From: Tubulanus polymorphus
Lineage: Eukaryota > Animalia > Nemertea
Direction: 5' to 3'
Assembly (NCBI RefSeq): GCF_964204645.1
Contig: NC_134028.1
Coordinates: forward strand, 25,726,345 to 25,790,344
DNA length: 64,000 bases
Position 1 is the stretch's first letter, and the number at the start of each line of letters is the position of its first letter. A model generated the notes under the pieces. That model saw only the letters and a list, made by a program, of their open reading frames with translations, made no database searches and was not told the DNA's origin. The position numbers and the translations under genes are program-made. Of this stretch, positions 11,539-23,161 are shown one piece after another.

Positions 11539-14381
11539 ATGTTAGATACAATCCATGGATCAAGAAGTGATGCTCCGACGCAAGCCGTGCAATATAAAGA
11601 AACGATAAAAAGACTCAGAGACGAAGTTAGTGAGCTGGAAAATCTATACTCGGATATGAAAAGAAGATTAAACGAAAGGGCCAACACCGTCGAAAGTATT
11701 GTCACAGAACGCGATGAGTTGAAACAAGAAGTTATCGATAAAAGTTTCCAATTAGAAAATACTACCCGTGAAATGAAACTGCTAAGTGAGGACTGTTTGC
11801 AATTAGGAATGACGGCCGAGCGTTTACAGGAAGCTATCGATACAACTGATTCGAGAAAAAAGGAACTAGAAGAAAAAGTCATCGAGTTCGAGAAAAAAGA
11901 AATTAGAAGCCAAGATAAAATTTTGAATTTGACGCTTCATCTTGAGGCGGCCCAGTCGCAAGTACAGATGTTGCAGCATCAGTTCCAGGACGGAGTCCTC
12001 GCGGAAGTGACGAATCTCGTCGCCGTCAATAAACGCAACGACGAAGAATTCGTACGAAAAAATGTGGAAGGATTTCAGAATTTTGAGAAGGTGCTCGTCG
12101 ACGCGACGGAAGATGTGCGCAGAGTTTCAGCAGCGTTGCACTTTGGTTGGAATGACATAAAGAAGTTGATCGCTGAAACGAGAGCCGAGGAACACGAGGG
12201 ACAGGAAGTACTACAGTCGAAATTCTCTGAATTATGGAATACAGTTCACGGTACGTAAATCGTTATAGACTTCCTCGAATATTCAATCTTCGTATCTCAA
12301 GTAAAACTTCGGATTGAATTTTCATTCTGATAGTTCGTGTAGGCAGTTTTTTAAATGGGCCAGGCAGAAATAAGCGAATGTGGTACCTAGACCGGTTGCG
12401 CCATGGCGAGGCCATCAACTTGACGAATACAAATGATTTACATGTATGAATATTGTAGTATCACTGTCAATCACCGATGTACTTATCAAATAAACTATAT
12501 ACATTATTTCTGATTATTTAGATCCCAGGTACATGTATTTCAAAGAACTTTTTATTTACGTTTCTGCCTCGTCTGTATAATAAGCATTTGTTTCGTCTAT
12601 TTGATGGCGTCGGGCAGCCATAGATCTAACCATAGACTCCATAATGAATTCGTTTAAGATTACATACTTAAACAGCCTACAGTCAGAATCAAACATCCTC
12701 AAATTGAAATCCCTTTGCTAAACGCACCAACGGTGTCAAACCAGTTATTTTCGAACAACAGCGTGTTAGAGAATCCCTCGAAGGCGAACCAACTAATGTA
12801 TAGAGCATCGTCTCATTTTCAGAAAAGACAATATGTGGCCCCGAATTAGAAGATAAACTGGCGTTGAATGCTGGGTTAAGTGAAGCCTTGGTGCGTCATA
12901 AAGAACGTATATCCGAACTCAAAGAAAACTACAGATTGGTTTTCAAAGAGAACGAAATGCAGCTGGAGAAAATTACCGGACTACAAGCGACAATCGACCG
13001 AATGACTCGGTTAAAGGCAGAGAAAGCCGCGCTGGAAAAAAATCTGATGAATAAATTAGATTCGTCCAACACGGAGGAACAACGCCTGAATCGAGAAATT
13101 GAAATTTTGAAGGGCCAAGTTACTTCTCAAAAATTAGATATTGGTACGTAAGAAATAGAGAGTCACATCGAAAGTGAATATCTGGCATTAGTTTGTTGTA
13201 CCCCCTCCCTAAGTATAAAAATTTTCAACGCGCATCATATCAAAAATACATAAAGATTCTTTATGTATTTTTGAAAACGGTTGTCCCGGATCTAATCCGG
13301 CATGGGCCAATATTTGGTAGAAATGTCACCATTTCGACATACAGAACATCCTCCCTAAATCCATATTACGGGCCTAATTATCTTTTTGAGATGGCATATC
13401 ATGGTCATTTTTGACAGCCGATGTGGAACTCGAGAAAAACTTGAAAGAAAGCGAATTGTCGCGTATTCGTGAAGATCTAACCCGCGAACGAGTAACGGGC
13501 GAAACGTTGAAATCTCAATTGGACAAACTTGCGTGCAACTTGAAATCGGAGAAACTCAGGGCAGGTAAATATCATGGCACGCGAAGACAGCGAACTTTCC
13601 GTTAGTCTTATGCGTTTTGTTTTTGTTTTTCATTTGTTATCATTATGCGGGCATATTTTATTGGAAATCAATGCCTAATCCATTCTGTCTAAAAATGTAT
13701 TGAAGATCTTCAGAAATCTCATCAAATACTTTCTGTGTAGCGCCCCATATTGCAGAAGATCCGTTCAAAATTACACTCAAAAACACCCGATATGATCATG
13801 ATGGCCAGTTGTCATGGGTAAGATTTGAGATCAGTCATATTAAGATAGCCGATCTTAAAGCGTAAAACCATTAGAGTCTAATGATTTGATGCCACTTTTC
13901 GATTTAGGCTCCAAGTCACGTCTGGGCAACTGGCCGTCGGATAAAGCGTTTTTCAAAAGAAATCTGTTTATTTCCAGTTCGGTTAAAAAGAAACGTTTAC
14001 GAATTCTGTTCGAAGATGAGGGCGAGTTTTACAGCAATGTCCGCGAACCTCAATTCGGAAAGTAGTCGATTACTGTTAGAATTCCAGCGCGCGCAACAAT
14101 CTCTCGACCAGTACGAAGATTGTTTTCATCGTAAAACGAGCATCGATGATCTGAACGTTGAAAGCGATGATAATCGAACAGATGATTCCCACCAGCAGCA
14201 GACGGCTTGTGGTCAACAACAAACAGCCGCGGAAAATTGGACAAAAGCGGGTTACCAAAACAATCGCCCTCCAGTAGCTGCATCAATGTTCGCTAATGTC
14301 GGTAGTACATCAGAATTGTCCTCAGACTTTGATCCAGACGATTGTGTCACAGATACTAATACATTTGTTGTTACCGATTGA
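11539..14381 (+). CDS. Uncharacterised coiled-coil protein (~527 aa); exons 11539-12250, 12823-13143, 13418-13564, 13978-14381
   Basis: Four ORFs joined by three in-phase (phase 1) GT-AG introns. Sequence is E/K/L/Q heptad-rich with an acidic S/T/D tail. The start is uncertain because an acceptor-like TTAG at ~11545 may splice to an upstream exon. Confidence 0.75.
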
Positions 14382-15061
14382 AATAAATGAATATCGTATT
14401 CGATTAGATTCTCACATATGACGCACGCATGCATCGTCTGTATAGGCGGAGCGTTTCGCCGACCTTTGCAGCAGACAATCTTATCGCAGAAATCAGAATG
14501 ACCATCCTTTTTATATCCTCGTTTTCCACGAAATATGAAACCACTTTTTCCGTTTCCCAGACGTATTCTATGACGCAAGCACCGTCTGGAAAATACAACA
14601 ACTCTCGAAACGTGGGCAGCGCACCGCCGCCGTCGTTGGGTCGGAAAGAACGCACTTGATAAAAATAACGACTGATAATATTTTTGCAAAGATTTCCTGT
14701 TATTTATTGAAAGCATTAGCTTTTAGTACAGGGTTATCACATTTCCATAAATAATTATCATTTATACCAAAAAATATCATAACATTCGAGTTATCAAGTG
14801 ACAGATAGAAACATCCATTTACACTATTAGTTAGTAGTGTGTACGTACAGTCTATTGTTCAAACCATAGAAAAACAATACAACGCGCTGAGAGAAGATAA
14901 GAGAACGGTAAAATACTAGCAGACGGGTCGATTTGGGCCGGTTCGAACCCCAGTCAAATTGGAGAGCGCGTTCACACATTAACCACTCACTCGTTCACAT
15001 GCTGTTGCTAATGGTCACTTCCAGAGAACCAGTTCGGATTCACACGGATTAATTTGACCAG

Positions 15062-15190
15062 GGCCCAGTTTCACGAAAAAGTTTAAGCCTAAAACGGTTA
15101 AGTTTGAATTGTCCTCATTGAAAACATGAAGTAACCAAAAAGCAATTTCACCAAACATTATTGAGTTAACTTTTTTTGTGAAACTGGGCC
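15062..15190. mobile_element. Short Harbinger-like MITE with CAG target-site duplication
   Basis: CAG-GGCCCAGTTTCACGAAAAAGTT ... AACTTTTTTTGTGAAACTGGGCC-CAG. Confidence 0.7.
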
Positions 15191-16285
15191 CAGTACTAAC
15201 ATCTGAACCGTGTCAAGTCAAACAGGCACGGAACCTTTCGACACCTGTGTGAACGGTAGGTCGGGGCCTCATCAGGCACGGGCCAAATTAGGTCCATGTC
15301 AAAACGCTTGTGCGATCGCGGCTACCATCATCACCACCACCACCATAACAGTAGTAGAATGGCAGTTGTAATTGTAGTCTATTACTAGCGAGAACTTTCG
15401 GACAGAAAATGTGTCCGGATAAAAGTTCAGCTATGTGTGTGTCGTTGCTGCATGCCTCTTTTACACGAAGAAAGAAAATATTAACGCCGGACAACCACCG
15501 CGAACGGAGCGTAAAGCAAATATTGTCAATAGCGTAACCTTATCAAATGTAATCAAGATTCATTCTTCAACTAATTCCATTAGTGGCAACGTGTTTTTCC
15601 AACAACAAGGCATAGCATGTGACATTTACAAATAACAAAATGCAATGAAACCTGTTACAACGAAACCCCAGGGATCGTAATTCTTCATTTGCAAATATAA
15701 GGCAGTTCATTAAGTGTCTAATCTTGAAGCAAACCGCCAAGACAGTGGCGCGCGCGTGCTCTGAGCAGACTACTTCAATACTTCAAAGAATCCCTTTTTT
15801 TCATCTGGTCGGATTTAATTTCCTGTTAGTAAATTAAATCTATCTGCTGAGCGAAACTGGTCGTCGCTTTAATCCGAGACGAGATTTCTATTAAAGAGAA
15901 AGGCAGGAAAAAACCCTACCTAATTGATGACCTTTCTTAATATGTGACGCATACGCCTCGAAATATTCTTCGACTTATTGTTTTTAAAGAATTTATAGCG
16001 AAAAGTTGATCCCCTGAAATTCATCAAGAATGCAGTGACAACTCGTTTACGGAATTTTTCCAATAAAACCAAAGAACTTCAATCAAGCCTTCGCAGTTAG
16101 ATTCTCGAACCGGAAATTAAGACCAGAGCCCAGTTTCATTTAAAGTCATAGACGTTTTTGACATCCGAACATTTCAAAATGTATTCCTCAATAAAGTTAT
16201 ATCCCACAATACAAAAAGAATGATGGGCCTGAAAAGATCTCCTTGAGTTGGTAGATAATTTCAACATTTTGACTGACTGATATTC

Positions 16286-16495
16286 CAGGTGTGGATCCAG
16301 GGGATGGGTTGCTTTTGGTACTACAGCACCCCCTATCAAAATTACACTCCTAAGTATATGCTACATTTTAAACACAAGTCAATCAAGCAGTGCCTAAAAC
16401 GCTCAGAAAATAAAAAATAATTTTCACGATTTTATGGGGGACGAGCAGCTGAAACTTTGAGCGCAGGCCTTTGAAAATCCTGGATCTGCCCCATG
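16286..16495. mobile_element. MITE family D (CAGGGGCGGATCC...GGATCCGCCCCTG-type ends); related copies at ~3640-3840, 21752-21871 and 33528-33769
   Basis: Degenerate TIRs CAGGTGTGGATCCAG/CTGGATCTGCCCCATG; the 33.5 kb copy has GGGGCGGATCTA/TAGATCCACCCCTG. Confidence 0.55.
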
Positions 16496-17099
16496 AAGTC
16501 ATCTTCAGAATAGTCCAATATTCCCGATGATGACTATCATCATATAGTCAAAACATTGAAATAAATTACTAATTTTCCTTTTCGGACAAGTCATTCTTTT
16601 TGAAATGTTTGATTTCACTGTATCATCGTTTGAACACGGACTCAAAGAGCGTTTCACCAAGACCAAGAATATTCCTCAATGCTCGTTAATATTTTCGTTC
16701 ATTAAAAATCTCATTCACATCTCTATGCAAGATAAACTAAATTGCACATGATAACAATTATAAACTATATACATGCAGTAAATACTTACACATCTATATT
16801 CTCGAAATAGCAATAATAATATTAAGATTTATGAATTAATATTTTACCTCGCATAACGACCGGCATAGTGGAAAATTACTGCCGCGTCGCTAAATTTCAT
16901 AATTAAATTACAAAATTAACATCTGTTAGCTTTTTTAGTCTTCTTCGTAAAAATACATGATAGTCATTGTTTGTACAAGTTAGAAAACATTAAAATAATT
17001 ATCAATGATTTGAAAATCGAACATTCATTCGTCGAGCTATTTTCAGTTAAATTTAAAAAAAAAATAAATAAATAGGTAAAACATGCAAAGCCTAGAATT

Positions 17100-17270
17100 C
17101 TACATGGCCGCAGTTCGTGAATTTTATTGACAAAGTAGTAGCGTTATCATGTACAGTAATGTCTCAGAAATATCTGACCTGTAATTCTGAGATCCTCCCC
17201 TGACGCGGATTCAAACCTGATGGCATCGAGACTTGCCACGGCACCAAACGCTGCCCGACTAGCCCAACAC
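17100..17270 (-). mobile_element. Possible tRNA-derived SINE fragment
   Basis: Minus strand has an A-box-like GGCTAGTCGG (~17264-17255) and a B-box-like GGTTTGAATCC (17217-17207) at tRNA-like spacing, but no full cloverleaf. Confidence 0.35.
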
Positions 17271-19112
17271 AAAGTTCTACACGCACAGCTTAGATGATGT
17301 CATTATTAGCCAATCAGAAATCCTGTTTTATTATAGACCGAGTTTTTCCAGTTATAGTTTGTGAAATTTGCCTTGGCAAATATTTTCATGCGACAAACCT
17401 GTTCACCCGGTCTAGCGTGACAGGGTTTTGTGCCTACTCGAGTCTAGTGAAGCAGTCAGGTTCCACCGAGGGAGGATGTAATTTTGAATGTTGAACTAAA
17501 ACATCAAAGGCAGAATTCAGGAATGAGCGAGGTGCTTGCCTATATACATTCAATTTCACAACCGTTTTTTATGCTTCAAAAAAAAAAAAAAAATAATATT
17601 GGTCAGAAGAGTCTCTCAAATTTCAAACTAAAGCTTAACATTTTGACGACAAAATATTATTGTAAGTAAGAATTATTTGAAAATCAGAAAAATTTACCAT
17701 TGAAGCTTAAAATAACAGCATTTTTTTATGAAGGCGTCAACAGACATTTAGACATCAATTTTCATTGAAAAAACACATGACGCTCGCGAAACGACGCTCA
17801 CCTCGGGCAGGTGTAAGAAATGCAGGGCTGCTTGTATTTACAGAGAAATGTTCATGCGTAAGTAGTTAAAATTATTTCAGAGATAGTTCGGAAAGAACCG
17901 TTAAGAATCGAGAGAAAATATTACATTGACGAGTTTACTATGGTTCTGTTATCGTTTGTACGTTACGCTAATTGCGCTATTATGACACATCATCGGTAGC
18001 CAGAGACCGTTCAAAGGGTTCGCTTGAATAGACACGTGTGCTGCTTCGACCGTTCAAAGCATCCCTTAACCCTTTCAGTGCCGACTAATTAATGATAGGA
18101 GAAAGTGCTAGAAATAATTTCAGTATGTTTAGAAATCCCCCCCCCCCCGTGAGCTGAATAACGGGCATACCGCTTTAGTGCGGGGTATCATTAGCTACTA
18201 ATATTTGACAGGTTCTGCCATCTTTCAAAAGGGATAAAAAAACTATTAAGTAATCAATAACATCGATACACCGAGATGCAGTGTACTAGCAAAGTGAAAC
18301 ACCGATTTATACACCGCATTGAAGTGTAGACGTACTATAACCAATAGGGTTAAGCTATGAATTTGAATTTATGCCTAACACACGCGTGATATTCAGCGTT
18401 TAGCTAGATTCGGACTCCAGCTATTTGCTAGTACAATCAATCCATACTCGATTTTGATTTTTACTGATGATGAACGATACAATACTCAAACTTATTCACT
18501 GCGCCACACTCTACGGCAAGCAAAGGACCATCGCTGCACTTTTACAGAGCTAGGAGTGGATTTATTATCAAAACTGATCGAGTTATTAGGTTTGGCCCCA
18601 GACGTACTTGTTACTGACTATATTATCGAACCCTTATCAATGATAAAATACTGAATACAATCAAGGGTTATAGTTATACATAACGAGGTAGGTCGCTACA
18701 AGTGACAAGATCAAACGAACGAATGTAGTTCTGCAATTCAAAATAGCAGCCTGATTTAGATATGGGGCTTTCTACTTTGAAATACCTTACCATTTAAGTT
18801 TGGCAACATAGTTAGGCACCTATGTAAAAGTTGATTTTTCCGATTTTGTGCGCGAAATATCTTAATTTTCCAAAAACTTTAGGAAGTAAGATAAAAGCTC
18901 TACGATTCATGGATTAGGGCAGTTGGCAGTTAAATACTTAGATTATCTAAATGGAAAAACGCATTGTCATCTGAACTGGCATTTAGTTTCTAAATAGCTC
19001 TATCTACTGGCCGGAGATCCGCAACTTTCCAAATACAAAATTCCATAAAAACTTCTTCCCGACAAAAGTGGACGGAAGAGGCACCATGGTTTTATTCCTC
19101 TGCGTATGAAAT

Positions 19113-19497
19113 CAGGGTCCCTACGGATTAGTCACTCCTGCGTATAATGAGTTTTCAAGAAAATTTCAAGGAAGCGGCCGTAGGACTTCCATATCCCAAT
19201 TACTGTAGACTCCTCTTTAATCGGTACGGTTTATCTCGGTAAAACCGTTAATTTTGGTGTTTTTGTAAGCAACTTTTTATCCTTAAATTCCTTAACTCAT
19301 TTTCTAATTTGCAACCGCCTAATAGGGTAAAGACAAATCCAAACTGTACCAATTTAGGCATAGTTAACCGTGTACGAACTATAAAAAATTTTCCAATTTC
19401 CTATTTTTCAAAATTGAAGGAGTTTCAAACACCTGCAAAAACATTTTCCATTAAGAAGTTTTTTTATCTAAGGAATCAAGGAGTTGTAGGGACCCTG
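19113..19497. mobile_element. MITE family B (TIR CAGGGTCCCTAC); related copies at ~3000-3560 and 41475-41711
   Basis: CAGGGTCCCTAC at 19113 and GTAGGGACCCTG ending 19497. The internal ATCGGTAC.GTTTATCTCGGTAAAACC.TTAATT also occurs at ~3108-3141. Confidence 0.75.
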
Positions 19498-20349
19498 GAA
19501 ATATTTTAATGTTTTGGTCATGATAATCGAGCTTGTTTTGGTCATGATAATCGAGCTTGCATCCGAATGACTAATTCCAAACTAACTACTGTACTGCCAA
19601 ATAGAACTGGCAAACAATAACTACCCGGGTTATTCTATAATTACTGACCCCCCTTTTCACCCCAAAAAATAATTCTTTTTCAAGGATTTGAGAAAACTGC
19701 TCACAATAACAAACAATGATTGTATTAGATACAAAAAATAATTTTACACTAAGAGTGTGTTCGACGCTGAAGAACCGCTGTAAGTTAATATCACATGACA
19801 ATACAGAGCTCAAAAACATCACCTCGAATTTCATCACAAACAAAACGCTTTAAAAAAGTTCTTCCATGTTCATTTCGTACTTAAATGTTTACGAGTAGGA
19901 AGCAAATTTTTTTGACAATACTGCATTGTTCTAGCAAGCGCTTTTTTGTCAGCCCATATCAGTTAGGTTAAATTTCATAATCACTTAAGTTAGAATAAAG
20001 GCGAGTAAACTTTAAGGGTAAGGGTTATGGCCAAATATAAGGGCTAGGGTTGGAATATGGTCGAGAGCAATAAATAGTTAAAACTTAAAGATTTCCAGCT
20101 CAGCTACAACGAATAATCTAGTGAAACAACATTCCACAAGATCCTGATTTTTAACTAATTCTTCTACGATTGGTACTTTCTTTAATTTTCTTAGAATCCA
20201 CAACCTTAGAGCGCATTTGTAATGCTGCCGGTAACCGATTAAAATAAGCTATAGGCAAAATCGCGTTTACTAGAATAACGCCCTATTGGCAAAATATCCA
20301 CTTCCTTGAAAAAAATTTGATCGTCGCCACTTGGTGGCCGCGTAATTCT

Positions 20350-22860
20350 TCAGTGAAGCATCAACATTTCGAGGTTATTCTGTAAAATCGTGTCCTTCAC
20401 CGCCTGGAATACGAACTGGATATTCTGCGTGTCGATCGCCGTCGTGAAGTGATGAAACAGCGGCTTCGAACGTTCGCGGCGCACGTTGTCGAACATGTCG
20501 ACGAGAAAACTCTGCACGTCCTCGAGACAACGCGAATCGTTCTGAAACTCGGGGAAATAGTCGCTGATCGACGTACACTTAATCTTCGTCTCCAACAAGT
20601 CCGTTTTGTTCAGGAAAAGAATTATGGAGGCCCGTTTGAAACATTTATTGTTCACGATCGTTTCGAAAATGTTACACGATTCGACTAAACGATTGACTGT
20701 CCGGTCTTCCATGAGGACCTGATCGAATTCGCTAGACGCCGTTACGAACAGTATCGACGTTACGCCCTCGAAACACTGATACCATTTTTGTCGTTGCGAT
20801 CGTTGTCCGCCGACATCGATGAACAAGAACGGAACTCCGCGAATGTCAAAATTATGTTCTTGGATGGTTTTGGTCGCCTTTCGAGCGTGTAGTATATCCA
20901 ATTTTACTGGTAAATATCCCTAGAATTTAAAAAAAATTGATTTTATAATTATTAACCCTTTCAGTGCTGACTAATTAATACCCTATAGCGCTGGAGATAA
21001 TTTGGAAATTTTGAAAAATTCCACCCTAGTGTGTTGAATAACGGGAATACTACTATAGTGCGTATACACCGCGGTGCGGTGTATCGTTAGTTACTAATAT
21101 TTCACTATGTTTGACAGGTACTGCCATTTTTCAATAGAGATAAAAACTAATTACATACTAGCAAAATCCATCACCGATTTATACACCTTACTGCGGTGTA
21201 GACGCACTGAAAGGGTTAACCACTTGAAATCGTAAGATCGGCGTAGTAACGAAATCACACGATTCAATGATTTCAGGGCCGTTATAACGGACTATTTCAA
21301 TATTTTCATCGACTTTTCAGTTCAGTCATGATCATGGGGTTTATACAAGTACTCGATCAAAAATACAACAATCGGTCAAAGTCTGATATAAGTCCTAATT
21401 ATATACACTACCATAATCCTAACCAATTCATACGTGAATACACAGCGTTCATACTCTTATATTGTTAATCGACGATTTGAACAGTTTTTTTTTCAGAGGG
21501 GTTCAAGGAGAAAATGTAAAATTCATTAATGACGATACATAGGCTCGTTTTGTACTTATATCTGACTTCGTCCAAACTATGTATTTGAACTGTTTTGCCA
21601 GTGATACGTACCTTACTGCCAATTCTCTCTAGATTATCAAGAAAATACTTTATAGAATCACCCTAAAATCAATAAAATCAAAAAGTCAATTATCGTAAAC
21701 GATGTTCAGTAAAGTAGACACTAGTTTGATCGGATTCCGACTTGAGCGCAGCAGGGGCGGATCCAGTCCCAAATCCAGGGGGTAGCACTTATTCAAAAGG
21801 GAACATGGATGAATTGTAAACCTTTCGGAATTTTTGGCACAGCGGATACCCCTCTCTATCTCCGCCCTCTGCCTCTAATCAGACAGTGGACAGATCTTTC
21901 TGTCTCCAATCAGACAGCCCCGAGCTGTCTCCAGACAGCGCATACGCACTCTGTCTCCAATCAGACAGTGGACACATCTTTCTGTCTCCAATGAGACAAT
22001 GAATACCCCTTCCCCTCTGTCTCCAATCAGACAGCCCCGAGCAGTCTCCAATCAGACAGCGCATACGCACTCTGTCTCCAATCAGACAGCGGACACATCT
22101 TTCTGTCTCTAATCAGACAGTGAATACCCCTTCCCCTCTGTCTCCAATCAGACAGCCCCGACCTGTCTCCAATCAGCGCATATGCACTCTGTCTCTAATC
22201 AGACAGCGGACACATCTTTCTGTCTCCAATCAGACAGTGAATAAATACCCCTTCCCCTCTGTCTCCAATCAGACAGCCCCGAGCTGTCTCCAATCAGACT
22301 GCGCATACGCCCTCTCTCTCCAATTAGACAGCGGATACCCTCTGTCTCCAATCGGACAGCAGTTACTCCTCTCTGTCTCCGTTGTTACTCACCAGTTGAT
22401 ATTCTCGTCGGCGATCGAATGCTATTTGAATAGCGCTGTCTTTCCACAATTCAACAATCGCAGGCACGTATTCGTTAAAACCATCCTCGTGTAACTGTAC
22501 GTTATTTTCATACGAGAACACGAGTTTCGCGTGTTTCTCGTTATCTTCGTTGCCCCACGGTATATTCAATTTAGCCCGAGCATCGATGAGAACCTTTGTA
22601 CCTTTGACGATATTTCCATAAACAGTCGTTTTGAACGATTTTCTGGCCTCTTCGTTGTAATCGGTCCCGTGTATTATTCGCATTTGCTTTAGAAATGTAC
22701 TTTTGCCACTTTCTCCCGTTCCTAATAATAGAATTTTTATCGTTCTACGGAATAATTGCTTCTGTTTGGCGATGTCTTTGTCGATATCTTTGCTGCGAGC
22801 GCGCTGTTCTTTCTCGTAATCGGTAATACAACAACTGAAAATCCTACTCAAGTCCGCCAT
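20350..22860 (-). CDS. GNA13: G protein alpha subunit of the G12/13 class (362 aa); exons 22860-22393, 21662-21612, 20919-20350
   Basis: Motifs [25 protein letters not shown] and HHFTTAIDT; C-terminus LMLH; 51-nt middle exon [18 protein letters not shown]-terminal CC palmitoylation site, no myristoylation Gly. Best regarded as a co-orthologue of GNA12 and GNA13. Confidence 0.95.
20956..21215. mobile_element. piggyBac-like MITE family C (TTAA TSD, TIR CCCTTTCAGTGC); other copies at ~18066-18353, ~27170-27342 (right half), ~31394-31541 and ~40863-41110
   Basis: TTAA-CCCTTTCAGTGC...GCACTGAAAGGG-TTAA. The internal TTCACTATGTTTGACAG and CTAGCAAAATCCATCAC are shared among copies. Confidence 0.85.
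21868..22380. repeat. Higher-order minisatellite: palindromic 18-bp core CTGTCTCCAATCAGACAG separated by four cycling spacers (~120-bp period)
   Basis: About 18 cores. Spacers YGGACACATCTTT, TGAATACCCCTTCCCCT, CCCCGAG and CGCATACGCACT recur in fixed order. Lies in GNA12/13 intron 1. Confidence 0.92.
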
Positions 22861-23161
22861 ATTGTCTCACTACCCCGCCCGGGCGATGACGTCACGCCCC
22901 GAGCTGAAAACACCGGCTGTGGCAGTTGAGGATTTCGCACCTGGCAGTCGAGGATTCAAATTCAATTCATAAACTTTATTGGTCGTTGAGTGTAATTTAC
23001 ATTATTCACGAAAGAATGACCGATATATACATTTCATGAGAAATATTTTGACAATTATGATTTTTGATTAATTAGGCCTATTTTTAGACGATATTTCGGG
23101 ATTTTCCTGTGGCAGTTAATCCCAAACAGCAGTTTTGTTCCGCGACATGAAGTAAAACAAA
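22861..23161. promoter_or_regulatory. Probable bidirectional promoter (GNA12/13 / oligopeptidase A-like)
   Basis: Only ~300 bp separate the two divergent ATGs. GC box CCCCGCCC (~22873), full CRE TGACGTCA (~22887) and YY1-like AAAATGGCAG at the peptidase ATG. Confidence 0.6.

Noticed and set aside
14404-14716. Extra exon or separate gene after the coiled-coil stop
   Set aside because: No convincing in-phase donor before the stop at 14381; probably 3'UTR.
21868-22380. CRISPR array (palindromic repeat plus spacers)
   Set aside because: Spacers are only 7-20 nt and recur cyclically, there are no cas genes, and the array lies in a spliceosomal intron.
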